Assembly (NCBI GenBank): GCA_045807245.1 | Contig: JBJMHS010000059.1 | Span: forward strand, 1 to 59,851 | Direction of reading: 5' to 3' | Length of the DNA: 59,851 nucleotides | Source of the DNA: Actinomycetales bacterium | Lineage (GTDB): Bacteria > Actinomycetota > Actinomycetes > Actinomycetales > CAVURS01 | Shown: positions 21,946-31,160 of the stretch, piece after piece | Layout of the letters: each line of letters starts with the position of its first letter | Position numbering within the stretch: position 1 is the first letter of the stretch | The notes under the pieces: model-generated | Database searches by the model: none | Seen by the model: the letters and a program-made list of their open reading frames with translations, nothing else | Told to the model about the DNA's origin: nothing | Position numbers and translations under genes: made by a program

Positions 21946-23085
21946 TCACACGTAGGGCATCGGGGGGATCGCGGCGAGCGCCTCGTCGGCGTCCAGTCCG
22001 GCCGTCTGCAGCAGGTCGACGACGACCGAGCGGACCTGGGCCAGGATGACCTCGACGGACAGCACGGAGCTGCGGGGGACCAGCACGCTGGCCCGGGCGA
22101 CGGCGAGCAGCTCCGGGCGGGCAGCGACCGCCATCCGGCCCATGCGCAGCTCGCGGGCCATCGTCTCCACGGCGTCGGCCAGCTGCTCGACCAGTGCGGC
22201 GTACTCCGCCGGCAGCGGCACTCCGCTGCGCGCCAGCTGGACCGACCGTCGTACCAGCACGCGGGCGTTGGTCAGTGCCCGGTCCAGCGGTACGACGAGG
22301 TCGGCCATCCGCCGTACCTCGACGTCAGTTCTGCGCCGGAACGGTGAGCTCTGCACGATGTGCAGTCCCTCGGCCGCTGCGGCGCGCAGGTCGTTGAGCG
22401 AGGCGTCCTCGTCCCGGGCCCGGGTCAGGGTGGCGACGGCCCGGTCCTCGTCACCGTCCTGGGCGCTGCGAGCGGCCTCGCGCAGCAGGTCGGCCAGGAG
22501 CTCGACGATGCGCGCGGCCTCCTGACGCGGGCGGCGCAGCGGCGCCTGTGGCACTGCCGTCGCCGCGACCAGGGCGACCAGGCCGCCGACGACCGCGTCG
22601 AGCCACCGCCCCAACCCGGCCTGCGGGTTCGGCAGCAACGTCGTGACGACCACCGACTGGACGCCGGCCTGGGTGACGATGAGCGCCCCGGCGTCGAGCA
22701 GCACAGCGGCCGACATCGCCAGGGACACCACCACGGCGATCTGCCACCAGCCGGTGCCCACCCAGCGCACGAACAGGTCACCGATCCCGACGCCCAGCGC
22801 GACTCCCGCGGTCACCTCCGCGACCCGGCGCAACCGCTGCCCGTACGACGTGCCGAGGGACACGATCGCGGCGACGGGCGCGAAGAACGGGGCGGGGTGC
22901 CCGAGCAGTCCCCGCGCGAGCAGCCAGGCGACCGCGGCAGCCACCGCGCACTGCCCGATATGCCAGGATCGGGCCTGCAGCCGGCGCAGCCGCGACCGGA
23001 CCGACGTACGACCACGCTCGAGGGCGCGAGGGCCGAGCTCGCCGGACAGCTCGCGCAGCAGGTCCGTCCCGCGCCGGGCCGCCAT
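21946..23085 (-). CDS. FUSC / aromatic acid exporter family membrane protein
   Basis: QCAVAAAVAW, PFFAPVAAIVSLG...RLRR, QAGVQS, RWLDAVVGG, then a helical C-domain. Confidence 0.85.
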   Translation of the reverse strand: MAARRGTDLLRELSGELGPRALERGRTSVRSRLRRLQARSWHIGQCAVAAAVAWLLARGLLGHPAPFFAPVAAIVSLGTSYGQRLRRVAEVTAGVALGVGIGDLFVRWVGTGWWQIAVVVSLAMSAAVLLDAGALIVTQAGVQSVVVTTLLPNPQAGLGRWLDAVVGGLVALVAATAVPQAPLRRPRQEAARIVELLADLLREAARSAQDGDEDRAVATLTRARDEDASLNDLRAAAAEGLHIVQSSPFRRRTDVEVRRMADLVVPLDRALTNARVLVRRSVQLARSGVPLPAEYAALVEQLADAVETMARELRMGRMAVAARPELLAVARASVLVPRSSVLSVEVILAQVRSVVVDLLQTAGLDADEALAAIPPMPYV

Positions 23086-23195
23086 GCGGCGATCGTAGGT
23101 CCCGTGGTGCCGGACAGCGCTGGTAACGTCGCCGCAGGCGGTTCGTCGACCGGGAGGGGCGACGCCTGACGAAATCCATCGCTGTCGAGGAGCTC

Positions 23196-23981
23196 ATGCC
23201 CGCGCGCACGTTCGCCGCCGTCCTCGCGGCGCTCGCCCTGGTCGGGCTCGCCGCATGCTCGTCCGGCAGCGACCCCGCCAAGACCCCGACCCCGTCCAGC
23301 ACGGCGGTCGTCACGCCCTCGCCGACCACGAGCCAGGCGACGGTGTCCGCGCAGGACGCCGCAGCGGCGAAGATCCGCAGCGCCCTCACCAAGGCCCAGC
23401 TGACGACTGCCCAGGTCAAGCTGGTGCGGCAGAAGGAGTCGGTGGCCGAGAGCCGCGGCCTGTCGGTCCGGACCTTCATCGCCTGCGGCTACACCAAGGT
23501 CGACCCGTCGGACTTCGCCCGCGTCGACCGGCTGCAGTCCTCGTGGCTCAGCAAGGGCTGGGCGTCGCAGGACCCGACCAAGGCCCAGGTCAAGGTGTCC
23601 AGCGAGGTCGTCGCCTACCGCCCCGGCGGTGTCGCGGCCGCGATGAAGTCGTACCAGGGGGCGCCCAAGGCGTGCCCCAAGACCAGGTTCACCAAGGGAG
23701 TGACCGGCACCGTCAAGGCGGCCAAGGCACCGGCCGGGCTGCCCAAGGGCTCGGTGGTCCTGAGCCAGGTGATCAGGTACAAGAACAACGTGACCACGAC
23801 CGGCTACATCGTGGCCATCCCCGCCGGTAACGTGCTCGGCCTTCTGTACGTCGACGGAGTGTCCAGCGACCCCAAGGCCGTGGTGACCAACCGGACGCGC
23901 ATCCTGCCGACGTTCGTCACGCACGTCGTGGCCGCGGGGGTCGCCGTCGGCACGCTGACGGCGACCGCAGCAGGAGCCTGA
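23196..23981 (+). CDS. Putative lipoprotein, function unknown
   Basis: Signal peptide with lipobox LAAC, Thr/Ser/Pro linker, Lys-rich domain with two Cys; GAGGAG RBS. Confidence 0.75.
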   Translation: MPARTFAAVLAALALVGLAACSSGSDPAKTPTPSSTAVVTPSPTTSQATVSAQDAAAAKIRSALTKAQLTTAQVKLVRQKESVAESRGLSVRTFIACGYTKVDPSDFARVDRLQSSWLSKGWASQDPTKAQVKVSSEVVAYRPGGVAAAMKSYQGAPKACPKTRFTKGVTGTVKAAKAPAGLPKGSVVLSQVIRYKNNVTTTGYIVAIPAGNVLGLLYVDGVSSDPKAVVTNRTRILPTFVTHVVAAGVAVGTLTATAAGA

Positions 23982-24006
23982 CCGCCCGGCCCGTCCCGGC
24001 GCGGCG

Positions 24007-24555
24007 TCACGACCCGTCCACGACGACGTCGGCCCGGCCGGCCGTCCCCTCGCGAGCGAACCGGGCCTGGGTCTCCCGCTCCCAGCGGTCCCAGTGCGGG
24101 CGGAACACCTCTCCGTCGCGGACCATGCTGCGTTCGAACCGCAGCTCGAGGCCGGCGTCGACCCAGACCAGCAGCGACAGGTACGGCGCGAGCTCTCGCC
24201 CGCCGGAGCCGCATCCGTCGACGACGAGGAACGCCCCCGCCGGGACGGCGATGTGGTCGGCGAGCTGCTCGCGCACCCAGTCGTAGCGCTGGTACCCGCC
24301 GCTCTGGCCGCGGCTCAGCGGCTCGAGGACGTCGCGGCGCAGGGTGCGCAGCGCCTCGTCGAGGCCGGCCCAGCCCGGCATCAGGTCGTCGACGAGCACG
24401 ACCTGTGCCGCGAGCCGGTCGGCGAGCGCTGCAGCCAGGGTCGACTTGCCCGCACCGCTCGGGCCGTCGACCGCGACCACCCGGGTCGACCCGGCCCGAG
24501 CCGGGGCGTCGTGAGCGCGACGCGCCAACACGTCGGGCAGCTCGAGGTCCGGCAC
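24007..24555 (-). CDS. Uridine-kinase-like P-loop nucleoside/nucleotide kinase
   Basis: VVAVDGPSGAGKST, DDL.PGW.GL, YQRYDW, VVDGCG, RDG...W..W... Confidence 0.8.
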   Translation of the reverse strand: MPDLELPDVLARRAHDAPARAGSTRVVAVDGPSGAGKSTLAAALADRLAAQVVLVDDLMPGWAGLDEALRTLRRDVLEPLSRGQSGGYQRYDWVREQLADHIAVPAGAFLVVDGCGSGGRELAPYLSLLVWVDAGLELRFERSMVRDGEVFRPHWDRWERETQARFAREGTAGRADVVVDGS

Positions 24556-24587
24556 CTGGCGAGGCTAGCGGCGTAGCGTGCCTCGGC

Positions 24588-25547
24588 GTGCGTGTCCTGA
24601 TCGCCCTGGGGGGCAATGCCCTGAGCTCGCCGGACGGACGGTCCGGCCCGGCCCAGCAGCTGGCGGCCATGGCGGTCGCCGCCGAACACATCGCGGCCGT
24701 GATCGCCGGAGGCGACGAGGTTCTGTTAACGCACGGCAATGGTCCACAGGTCGGCAACCTGTTGCTGATGAACGAGGTCGCCGCCGGGGTCGTGCCGCCC
24801 GTGCCGTTGGACTGGTGTGTCGCGCAGACGCAGGGCACGATCGGCCTCACGCTCGTCAACGCACTCGAGCACTCGCTCGCCGCGCGAGGACTGCGACGGC
24901 CCGTCACGACGGTGTTGAGCCGGACCTCAGTCGGCCGCGACGATCCGGGTCTGCTCCGGCCGTCCAAGCCCATCGGCCGCTACCTCCCCGAAGCCGAGGC
25001 CAAGGCGCTGATGGAGCACGGCGAGGTCTGGGAGGACCGCGGCGAACGGGGTTGGCGGCGGGTGGTCGCGTCACCGGAGCCGCGGCACATCCTCGACGTC
25101 CAGGCGGTGAAAGTGTTGGTGGACAACGGTTTCGTCGTCATCTGCTGCGGTGGCGGCGGGGTGCCCTCGGCATTGGACGACGACGGGTCGGTTCACGGCG
25201 TCCCGGCCGTCATCGACAAGGACCTCACCGCAGCTCTGCTCGGCCATGACGTCGGGGCACACGCCTTGGTGATCGCCACGGATGTGGAGGCTGCCGTCCT
25301 GCATTTCGGCACGCCGTACGCCGAGCCGTTGGGCGTCGTCGAGGTCAGCCGGATGCGCGCCTACGCCGCCGACGGGCACTTCAGCAGCGGCTCGATGGGG
25401 CCCAAGGTGGAGGCCGCTTGCCGGTTCGTCGAGGAGGGCGGCACCCGCGCGGTGATCGCCCGGCTGGACCGGATCGACGCCGCGGTGCGCGGCCAGAGCG
25501 GCACGGTCGTCGTACCCGATCCGGGGTGGCGCGCGACCCGAACCTAG
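24588..25547 (+). CDS. arcC: Carbamate kinase
   Basis: [62 protein letters not shown]. Confidence 0.95.
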   Translation: MRVLIALGGNALSSPDGRSGPAQQLAAMAVAAEHIAAVIAGGDEVLLTHGNGPQVGNLLLMNEVAAGVVPPVPLDWCVAQTQGTIGLTLVNALEHSLAARGLRRPVTTVLSRTSVGRDDPGLLRPSKPIGRYLPEAEAKALMEHGEVWEDRGERGWRRVVASPEPRHILDVQAVKVLVDNGFVVICCGGGGVPSALDDDGSVHGVPAVIDKDLTAALLGHDVGAHALVIATDVEAAVLHFGTPYAEPLGVVEVSRMRAYAADGHFSSGSMGPKVEAACRFVEEGGTRAVIARLDRIDAAVRGQSGTVVVPDPGWRATRT

Positions 25548-25557
25548 GCTGGTCCGC

Positions 25558-26319
25558 GTGACCGTGGCCGTTCGGGTGGTGCCGTGCCTGGACGTCGATG
25601 CCGGGCGCGTGACCAAGGGCGTGCGGTTCCTCGACAACGTGGACGTCGGCGACCCGCTGGAGCTGGCGCGGTTCTACGACCGGGAGGGCGCGGACGAGCT
25701 GGTCTTCTACGACATCACCGCGTCCTCGGACGAGCGCAGCACGATGTACGACGTCGTCCGCCGTACCGCGGAGCAGATCTTCATCCCGCTCACGGTGGGC
25801 GGCGGTGTCCGGACCCCTGAGGACGTGAACGCCCTGTTGCGCGCCGGCGCGGACAAGGTGTCGCTGAACTCCGCCGCCGTGGCCCGGCCCGAGGTGCTGC
25901 ACGAGGCCGCGCTCCGGTTCGGCTCGCAGTGCGTGGTCCTCTCGGTGGACGCGCGGCGCTCGCCGGACACGCCCAGCGGCTTCGCCGTGACGAGCCACGG
26001 TGGCCGGCGCGACACCGGGCTGGACCTGCTCGAGTGGGTCGTCAGCGGCGAACGTCTCGGGGCCGGCGAGATCGTCGTCAACTCCATGGACGCGGACGGC
26101 GTCAAGCACGGCTTCGACCTGGAGATGCTGCGCGCCGTTCGCGAGCGCGTGCACGTGCCGGTCGTAGCCAGCGGCGGCGCGGGATCGGCGGCAGACTTCG
26201 CGCCGGCGGTCGACGCCGGGGCGGACGCGGTCCTGGCCGCCAGTGTCTTCCACTACCGGGAGGTCTCGATCGGGCAGGTGAAGGACGCCCTGCGGGCGGC
26301 CGGGCACCCCGTCCGGTAG
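25558..26319 (+). CDS. hisF: Imidazole glycerol phosphate synthase cyclase subunit
   Basis: [52 protein letters not shown]. Confidence 0.97.
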   Translation: MTVAVRVVPCLDVDAGRVTKGVRFLDNVDVGDPLELARFYDREGADELVFYDITASSDERSTMYDVVRRTAEQIFIPLTVGGGVRTPEDVNALLRAGADKVSLNSAAVARPEVLHEAALRFGSQCVVLSVDARRSPDTPSGFAVTSHGGRRDTGLDLLEWVVSGERLGAGEIVVNSMDADGVKHGFDLEMLRAVRERVHVPVVASGGAGSAADFAPAVDAGADAVLAASVFHYREVSIGQVKDALRAAGHPVR

Positions 26320-26331
26320 GCCGCCGGCCCG

Positions 26332-26976
26332 CTAGAGGCCGAGCGGCGCCGCGCGCAGGGCCAGGACGTCCTCGGGCCGGCCGTCGAGCTCGACCTCGGC
26401 GGCGCGGCCGCGGCCGTAGGCCGCGAGCAGCACCTCGCCGACCGCACCGCGCACCGTCACGACCTGGTCGCCCCGCTTGTGCAGCTGCGTGGGCGGGTGG
26501 CCGGGCACCTCGACCGCGATGCCGACCGGGCTGGCCCGGTAGGCGAGCCGTCCCGGTCCCACGACCACGCGCCACAGGGACGCCTGGTCGTCCGCCGACA
26601 GGTCGCGCGGACGGGCGATGCCGTCACCACGGCGGACGTCCTCGTGGTGGACGAACATCTCCGAGTCGTCGAACACCGCTTCGACCCGCCGGGAGTATCG
26701 GACGGGGTGCCACAGCGCAGGCGGCGCCGCGACCTGCTCCAGCAGGGTCTCCCAGTCCTGCGCGGCGATCTCGGCCTGGACCTTGGCCGCGTAGCCCGCC
26801 AGGGGTCTCGCCCAGATGCCGAGGGCGCCGATCGGCGCGTGCTCGCGCATGACGATGTGCGCCGCCAGGTCGCGCGTCGTCCAGCCTTCGCAGAGGGTGG
26901 GGGCTTCCGGGCCGGTGGCCCGCAGCGTGCTGCAGAGGGCGGCTCGTTCTCGCCGAGCGAAGGTCGAGGTCGTCAT
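26332..26976 (-). CDS. TIGR03085-type metal-binding protein (mycothiol maleylpyruvate isomerase superfamily)
   Basis: ER.AL...L...GPEAPTLCEGWTTRDLAAH...RE, EMFVHHEDVRR, GE.LL..YGR. Confidence 0.85.
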   Translation of the reverse strand: MTTSTFARRERAALCSTLRATGPEAPTLCEGWTTRDLAAHIVMREHAPIGALGIWARPLAGYAAKVQAEIAAQDWETLLEQVAAPPALWHPVRYSRRVEAVFDDSEMFVHHEDVRRGDGIARPRDLSADDQASLWRVVVGPGRLAYRASPVGIAVEVPGHPPTQLHKRGDQVVTVRGAVGEVLLAAYGRGRAAEVELDGRPEDVLALRAAPLGL

Positions 26977-27003
26977 CCCCTGCAGTCTGGCAAGGGTTCG
27001 CTC

Positions 27004-27051
27004 GCCCCGCCGCACCAGCCCCGCCGCACCAGCCCCGCCGCACCAGCCCCG
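27004..27051. repeat. 14-bp tandem repeat (GCCCCGCCGCACCA) x3.4
   Basis: Perfect units at 27004, 27018 and 27032 plus partial GCCCCG at 27046. Confidence 0.95.
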
Positions 27052-27134
27052 GGCGCCAGGCTGGGGCCGCCGTGGAGGTCGCTCATCGGTGCCTGCGGCG
27101 CGCACTGTCCCACCGCCATGAAAAACTCGTCCGA

Positions 27135-28994
27135 GTGAGCCGCACCGACGCCCCAGGTCTGCGTCGGGGGCTCTCGGTCCTCGGTATCGGGATCCGGCAG
27201 GCGCCCCGCCCGTTCATCGTCGCGGTGACCGGGTCGACGCTGTACGGCGTCATGACCGCTGGGCAGGCGTACGTCCTCGGCATCGTCGTCTCCCGCATCG
27301 TGCAGCCGGCGTTCGAGACCCGGCACGTGACCGGGTCCCAGCTGGCCGAGGCGGGCGGGTGGATGTCCCTGGTCACGGTGCTGCTCGTCATCGGCGTGGT
27401 GGGCCGCCGCGTCGCCGCCGGGGTCGTGATGTTCGACCTCGGTGCGATGTACCGCCGGCTGGTCACGCGCCAGTACCTGCGGCTGCCGATGGCCTGGCAC
27501 CAGCGTCACCCCGCGGGCCAGCTCCTCTCCAACGCCAACGCCGACGTGGAGGCGACGTGGAACGTGTTCGCGCCGCTGCCCATGGGCCTCGGCGTCATCG
27601 TGATGCTCGTCGTCGCGGCGGTGGCGATGGTCCTCGCCGACCCCGTGCTGGCCCTCATCGGGCTCTGCGTCTTCCCGGCCCTGGTGGTGATCAACGGCGT
27701 GTTCCAGCGCCGGATGTCGCCGCGTGTGACCCGGGCCCAGCAGCTGCGGGCCGACGTGTCCGCCGTCGCGCACGAGAGCTTCGACGGCGGGCTCGTCGTC
27801 AAGGCCCTCGGCCGCGAGGAGCAGGAGACGGCGCGGTTCGCCATCGTGTCCGCACGCCTGCGCGACGCCAACGTCGCCGTGGGCCGGACCCGGGGCACCT
27901 TCGACCCGGTCATCGAGGCGCTGCCCACCCTCGGCACCCTCGCGGTGCTCGTCGCCGGGACCGCCCGGGTGCGCAGCGGCGCCATCGACGCGGCCGACGT
28001 GGTGCAGGTCGCCTACCTGTTCTCGCTGCTGGCCTTCCCCGTGCGGTCGCTGGGCTGGGTGCTGGGCGAGCTGCCGCGGGCCGTCGTCGGCTGGGACCGG
28101 GTGAGTGCGGTCCTGCGCGCGGAGGGCGAGCTGCCGTACGGCCGCCACGTCTGGCCGCACACCGGCAGTGCGGCGCTGTCCCTGCGGGATGTCGAGTACG
28201 CGTACGCGGACACGGACGGCTCGCCACTGCCGGTCCTGCACGGCGTCGACCTGGAGGTGCCGGCCGGTCGCACCCTCGCCCTCGTCGGTCCCACGGGCAG
28301 CGGCAAGTCCACGTTGACCACGCTCCTGGTCCGGCTGGTGGACCCCTCCTCCGGCGTGGTGGAGCTCGACGGCGTCGACCTGCGGGAGGGCGCTCGCGGT
28401 CAGGTGGCCGCGCACGCTGGGCTCGTCCCGCAGCAGACGTTCCTGTTCGACGACACGGTTCGCGGCAACATCACGCTCGGCGACCCGGAGATCGAGGAGC
28501 TGGGCGACGAGCGGGTCTGGGAGGCGCTGCGACTGGCGCAGATCGACGGGTTCGTCGCCGGTCTGCCGGCCGGCCTGGACACGACCGTGGGGGAGAGGGG
28601 CACGACCCTGTCCGGCGGGCAACGTCAGCGCATCGCCCTGGCGCGCGCGGTGGTCCGGCGCCCACGCCTGCTCGTCCTGGACGACGCGACGAGCGCCGTC
28701 GACACCACGGTCGAGGCCGCGATCCTGGCCGGCCTGCGCCCGGACGGGTCCGCGTGGAAGGGCCTTCGCACCGGCGGCACGGCGCCACCGACCGTCGTCG
28801 TCGTCGCCTACCGCAAAGCGACGATCGCGCTCGCCGACGAGGTCGCCTACATCGAGCACGGGCGCGTCGTGGACCGCGGCACGCATCTCGAGCTGCTGGG
28901 GCGCAACGAGGGCTACCGCAACCTGGTCGACGCCTACGAGCGTGAGGCCGCCGAGCGGGCGGCCCTCGCGGCCGACGAGGACGTGCGCTCGTGA
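27135..28994 (+). CDS. ABC exporter, fused TMD-NBD (subunit 1 of a heterodimer)
   Basis: TM domain, GPTGSGKST, LSGGQRQR, degenerate Walker B LDDATSAVD. Confidence 0.92.
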   Translation: MSRTDAPGLRRGLSVLGIGIRQAPRPFIVAVTGSTLYGVMTAGQAYVLGIVVSRIVQPAFETRHVTGSQLAEAGGWMSLVTVLLVIGVVGRRVAAGVVMFDLGAMYRRLVTRQYLRLPMAWHQRHPAGQLLSNANADVEATWNVFAPLPMGLGVIVMLVVAAVAMVLADPVLALIGLCVFPALVVINGVFQRRMSPRVTRAQQLRADVSAVAHESFDGGLVVKALGREEQETARFAIVSARLRDANVAVGRTRGTFDPVIEALPTLGTLAVLVAGTARVRSGAIDAADVVQVAYLFSLLAFPVRSLGWVLGELPRAVVGWDRVSAVLRAEGELPYGRHVWPHTGSAALSLRDVEYAYADTDGSPLPVLHGVDLEVPAGRTLALVGPTGSGKSTLTTLLVRLVDPSSGVVELDGVDLREGARGQVAAHAGLVPQQTFLFDDTVRGNITLGDPEIEELGDERVWEALRLAQIDGFVAGLPAGLDTTVGERGTTLSGGQRQRIALARAVVRRPRLLVLDDATSAVDTTVEAAILAGLRPDGSAWKGLRTGGTAPPTVVVVAYRKATIALADEVAYIEHGRVVDRGTHLELLGRNEGYRNLVDAYEREAAERAALAADEDVRS

Positions 28995-30781
28995 GCGCCG
29001 CCGCGGCCCACATCGGCGACGGCGTCTCGCCATCGGTGCGGGCGACGATACGACGCGGGCTGCAGGTCTCGCCCGAGATCGTCCGCGGTGGCTGGGTGAC
29101 CCTGGCTCTGGGCCTGCTGTCGACGCTGGGCCGCATCGTCGTACCGCTCGCCGTTCAGCAGACCATCGACCGCGGCATCATGGCGGGCGGCGCCCCCGAC
29201 GTGCGCCGAGTCGCCGTCTTCGTCTCGGCAGGGGCGGTGGCCGTCGTGATCACCGCCTTCTCGGCGTACGCCGTCAACGTGCGGCTGTTCCGAGCCACCG
29301 AGGCCGGGCTGATGACGTTGCGGGTCAAGGCGTTCCGGCACGTTCACGACCTGTCGGTCCTCACCCAGAACGCCGAGCGCCGGGGGTCGATGGTCAGCCG
29401 GGTCACGAGCGACGTCGACACGATCTCGCAGTTCGTGCAGTTCGGTGGGCTGCTGCTTCTGCTGTCGATCGCCCAGCTGGTCGTGGCCACCGTGCTGATG
29501 ACGATCTACTCCCCGCTGCTCACCCTGCTGGTCTGGGCCTGCTTCGCCCCGCTCCTCGTCGGCGCGCGGATCTTCCAGCGGTCGGTCTCCGCGGCGTACG
29601 CGCGAGTACGCGAGCGGGTGGCGGACCTGCTCGGCGCGGTGTCCGAGGCGGTCGTCGGCGCGGCGACGGTACGCGCGTACGCGGTGGAGGAGCGCACCCA
29701 GCGGCGGGTCGACCGTGCCGTCGCCGAGCATCGCCGGGCGGCCATCGCCGCGCAGACCCGGGTCGCGCTGACGTTCAGCACCGGTGTCCTGACGTCCGGG
29801 CTCACCACGGCCGTCGTGGTGGTCGTCGGCACCTGGTTGGGCGCGCACGGGCGGATCACGCTCGGCGAGCTGCTGGCGTTCCTGTTCCTGGTCCAGCTGT
29901 TCACCAGCCCGGTCCAGACCGCGACCGACGTCCTCAACGAGCTGCAGAACGCCGTCGCGGGCTGGCGCCGGGTGATCGCGGTCCTCGACACGACGGCGGA
30001 CGTTGCCGACCCGGTGGACGGGCAGGTCCTGCCGCGCGGGCCGATCACGGTGCGGTTCGAGCACGTCGGCTACGCCTACCCCGGCGGCCGGGCGGTGCTG
30101 CACGACATCGACCTCATCCTGGACCCGAGCACGCGGGTCGCAGTCGTGGGCGAGACGGGGTCGGGCAAGACGACGTTCGCGAAGCTGCTGACCCGGCTGA
30201 TGGACCCGGTCGACGGGCGGGTCCTGGTCGACGGCGTGGACCTGCGCGAGGTGTCGTTCGCCTCGCTGCGCGAGCGCGTCGTCCTGGTGCCGCAGGAGGG
30301 GTTCCTGTTCGAGGGGACGGTTCTCGACAACCTGCGGTTCTCGCGCCCGGAGGCCTCGGTCGAGGAGGTGCGCCTCGCGCTGACCGAGCTCGGTCTCGTG
30401 GACTGGGCCGACGGCCTGCCGCACGGTCTGGACACTGCGGTGGGCCAGCGGGGTGAGTCCCTGTCGGCCGGCGAGCGCCAGCTGGTGGCCCTGACCCGGG
30501 CCTATCTCGCCGACCCGGACCTGCTGGTCCTGGACGAGGCCACGTCCTCGGTCGACCCGGCGACCGAGGTGCGCATCCAGCGCGCCCTCGACAGCCTCAC
30601 CCGCGGGCGCACGGCGATCTCGATCGCGCATCGGCTGTCGACGGCCGAGGCGGCCGACGAGGTGCTGGTCATGGACGGCGGGCGGGTCGTGGAGCGCGGT
30701 CCGAGCTCGGTGCTGGCCGATGCGGGTGGGCGGTACGCCGAGCTGCACGCGAGCTGGACCGCGCAGCTGCGTTCGGGCTAG
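28991..30781 (+). CDS. ABC exporter, fused TMD-NBD (subunit 2)
   Basis: [35 protein letters not shown] overlap with subunit 1. Confidence 0.92.
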   Translation: MSAAAAHIGDGVSPSVRATIRRGLQVSPEIVRGGWVTLALGLLSTLGRIVVPLAVQQTIDRGIMAGGAPDVRRVAVFVSAGAVAVVITAFSAYAVNVRLFRATEAGLMTLRVKAFRHVHDLSVLTQNAERRGSMVSRVTSDVDTISQFVQFGGLLLLLSIAQLVVATVLMTIYSPLLTLLVWACFAPLLVGARIFQRSVSAAYARVRERVADLLGAVSEAVVGAATVRAYAVEERTQRRVDRAVAEHRRAAIAAQTRVALTFSTGVLTSGLTTAVVVVVGTWLGAHGRITLGELLAFLFLVQLFTSPVQTATDVLNELQNAVAGWRRVIAVLDTTADVADPVDGQVLPRGPITVRFEHVGYAYPGGRAVLHDIDLILDPSTRVAVVGETGSGKTTFAKLLTRLMDPVDGRVLVDGVDLREVSFASLRERVVLVPQEGFLFEGTVLDNLRFSRPEASVEEVRLALTELGLVDWADGLPHGLDTAVGQRGESLSAGERQLVALTRAYLADPDLLVLDEATSSVDPATEVRIQRALDSLTRGRTAISIAHRLSTAEAADEVLVMDGGRVVERGPSSVLADAGGRYAELHASWTAQLRSG

Positions 30782-30797
30782 GGCTCACAATGGGCCG

Positions 30798-31160
30798 GTG
30801 TCCTCCGACCTCGACCCGGCCGTCGCCGCACGTCTCAAGCGCGACGACGCCGGCCTCATCTGCGTCGTCGTCCAGCAGCACGACACCCGCGAGGTGCTCA
30901 TGGTCGGCTGGATGGACGACGAGGCGCTGCACCGCACCCTGACCTCCGGGCGGGCGACGTACTGGAGCCGCAGCCGCCGGGCCTACTGGCGCAAGGGCGA
31001 CACGTCCGGCCACATCCAGCTGGTGCGCGGCGCCGCCCTCGACTGCGACGGCGACGCCTTGCTGCTGTCGGTCCAGCAAGTCGGCCCGGCCTGCCACACG
31101 GGCACCCGGACGTGCTTCGACTCGGGCCCTCTCGCCGTCGCCGAAGGCCTGCGGACATGA
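30798..31160 (+). CDS. hisI: Phosphoribosyl-AMP cyclohydrolase
   Basis: [38 protein letters not shown]. Confidence 0.96.
   Translation: MSSDLDPAVAARLKRDDAGLICVVVQQHDTREVLMVGWMDDEALHRTLTSGRATYWSRSRRAYWRKGDTSGHIQLVRGAALDCDGDALLLSVQQVGPACHTGTRTCFDSGPLAVAEGLRT

Noticed and set aside
27004..27051. Chi-like GCTGGTGC in the tandem repeat
   Set aside because: One mismatch from E. coli Chi and no reason to expect that motif to act in an actinomycete
27135..30781. Degenerate Walker B (LDDAT) and signature (LSAGE) in the ABC pair
   Set aside because: Normal asymmetry of heterodimeric ABC exporters
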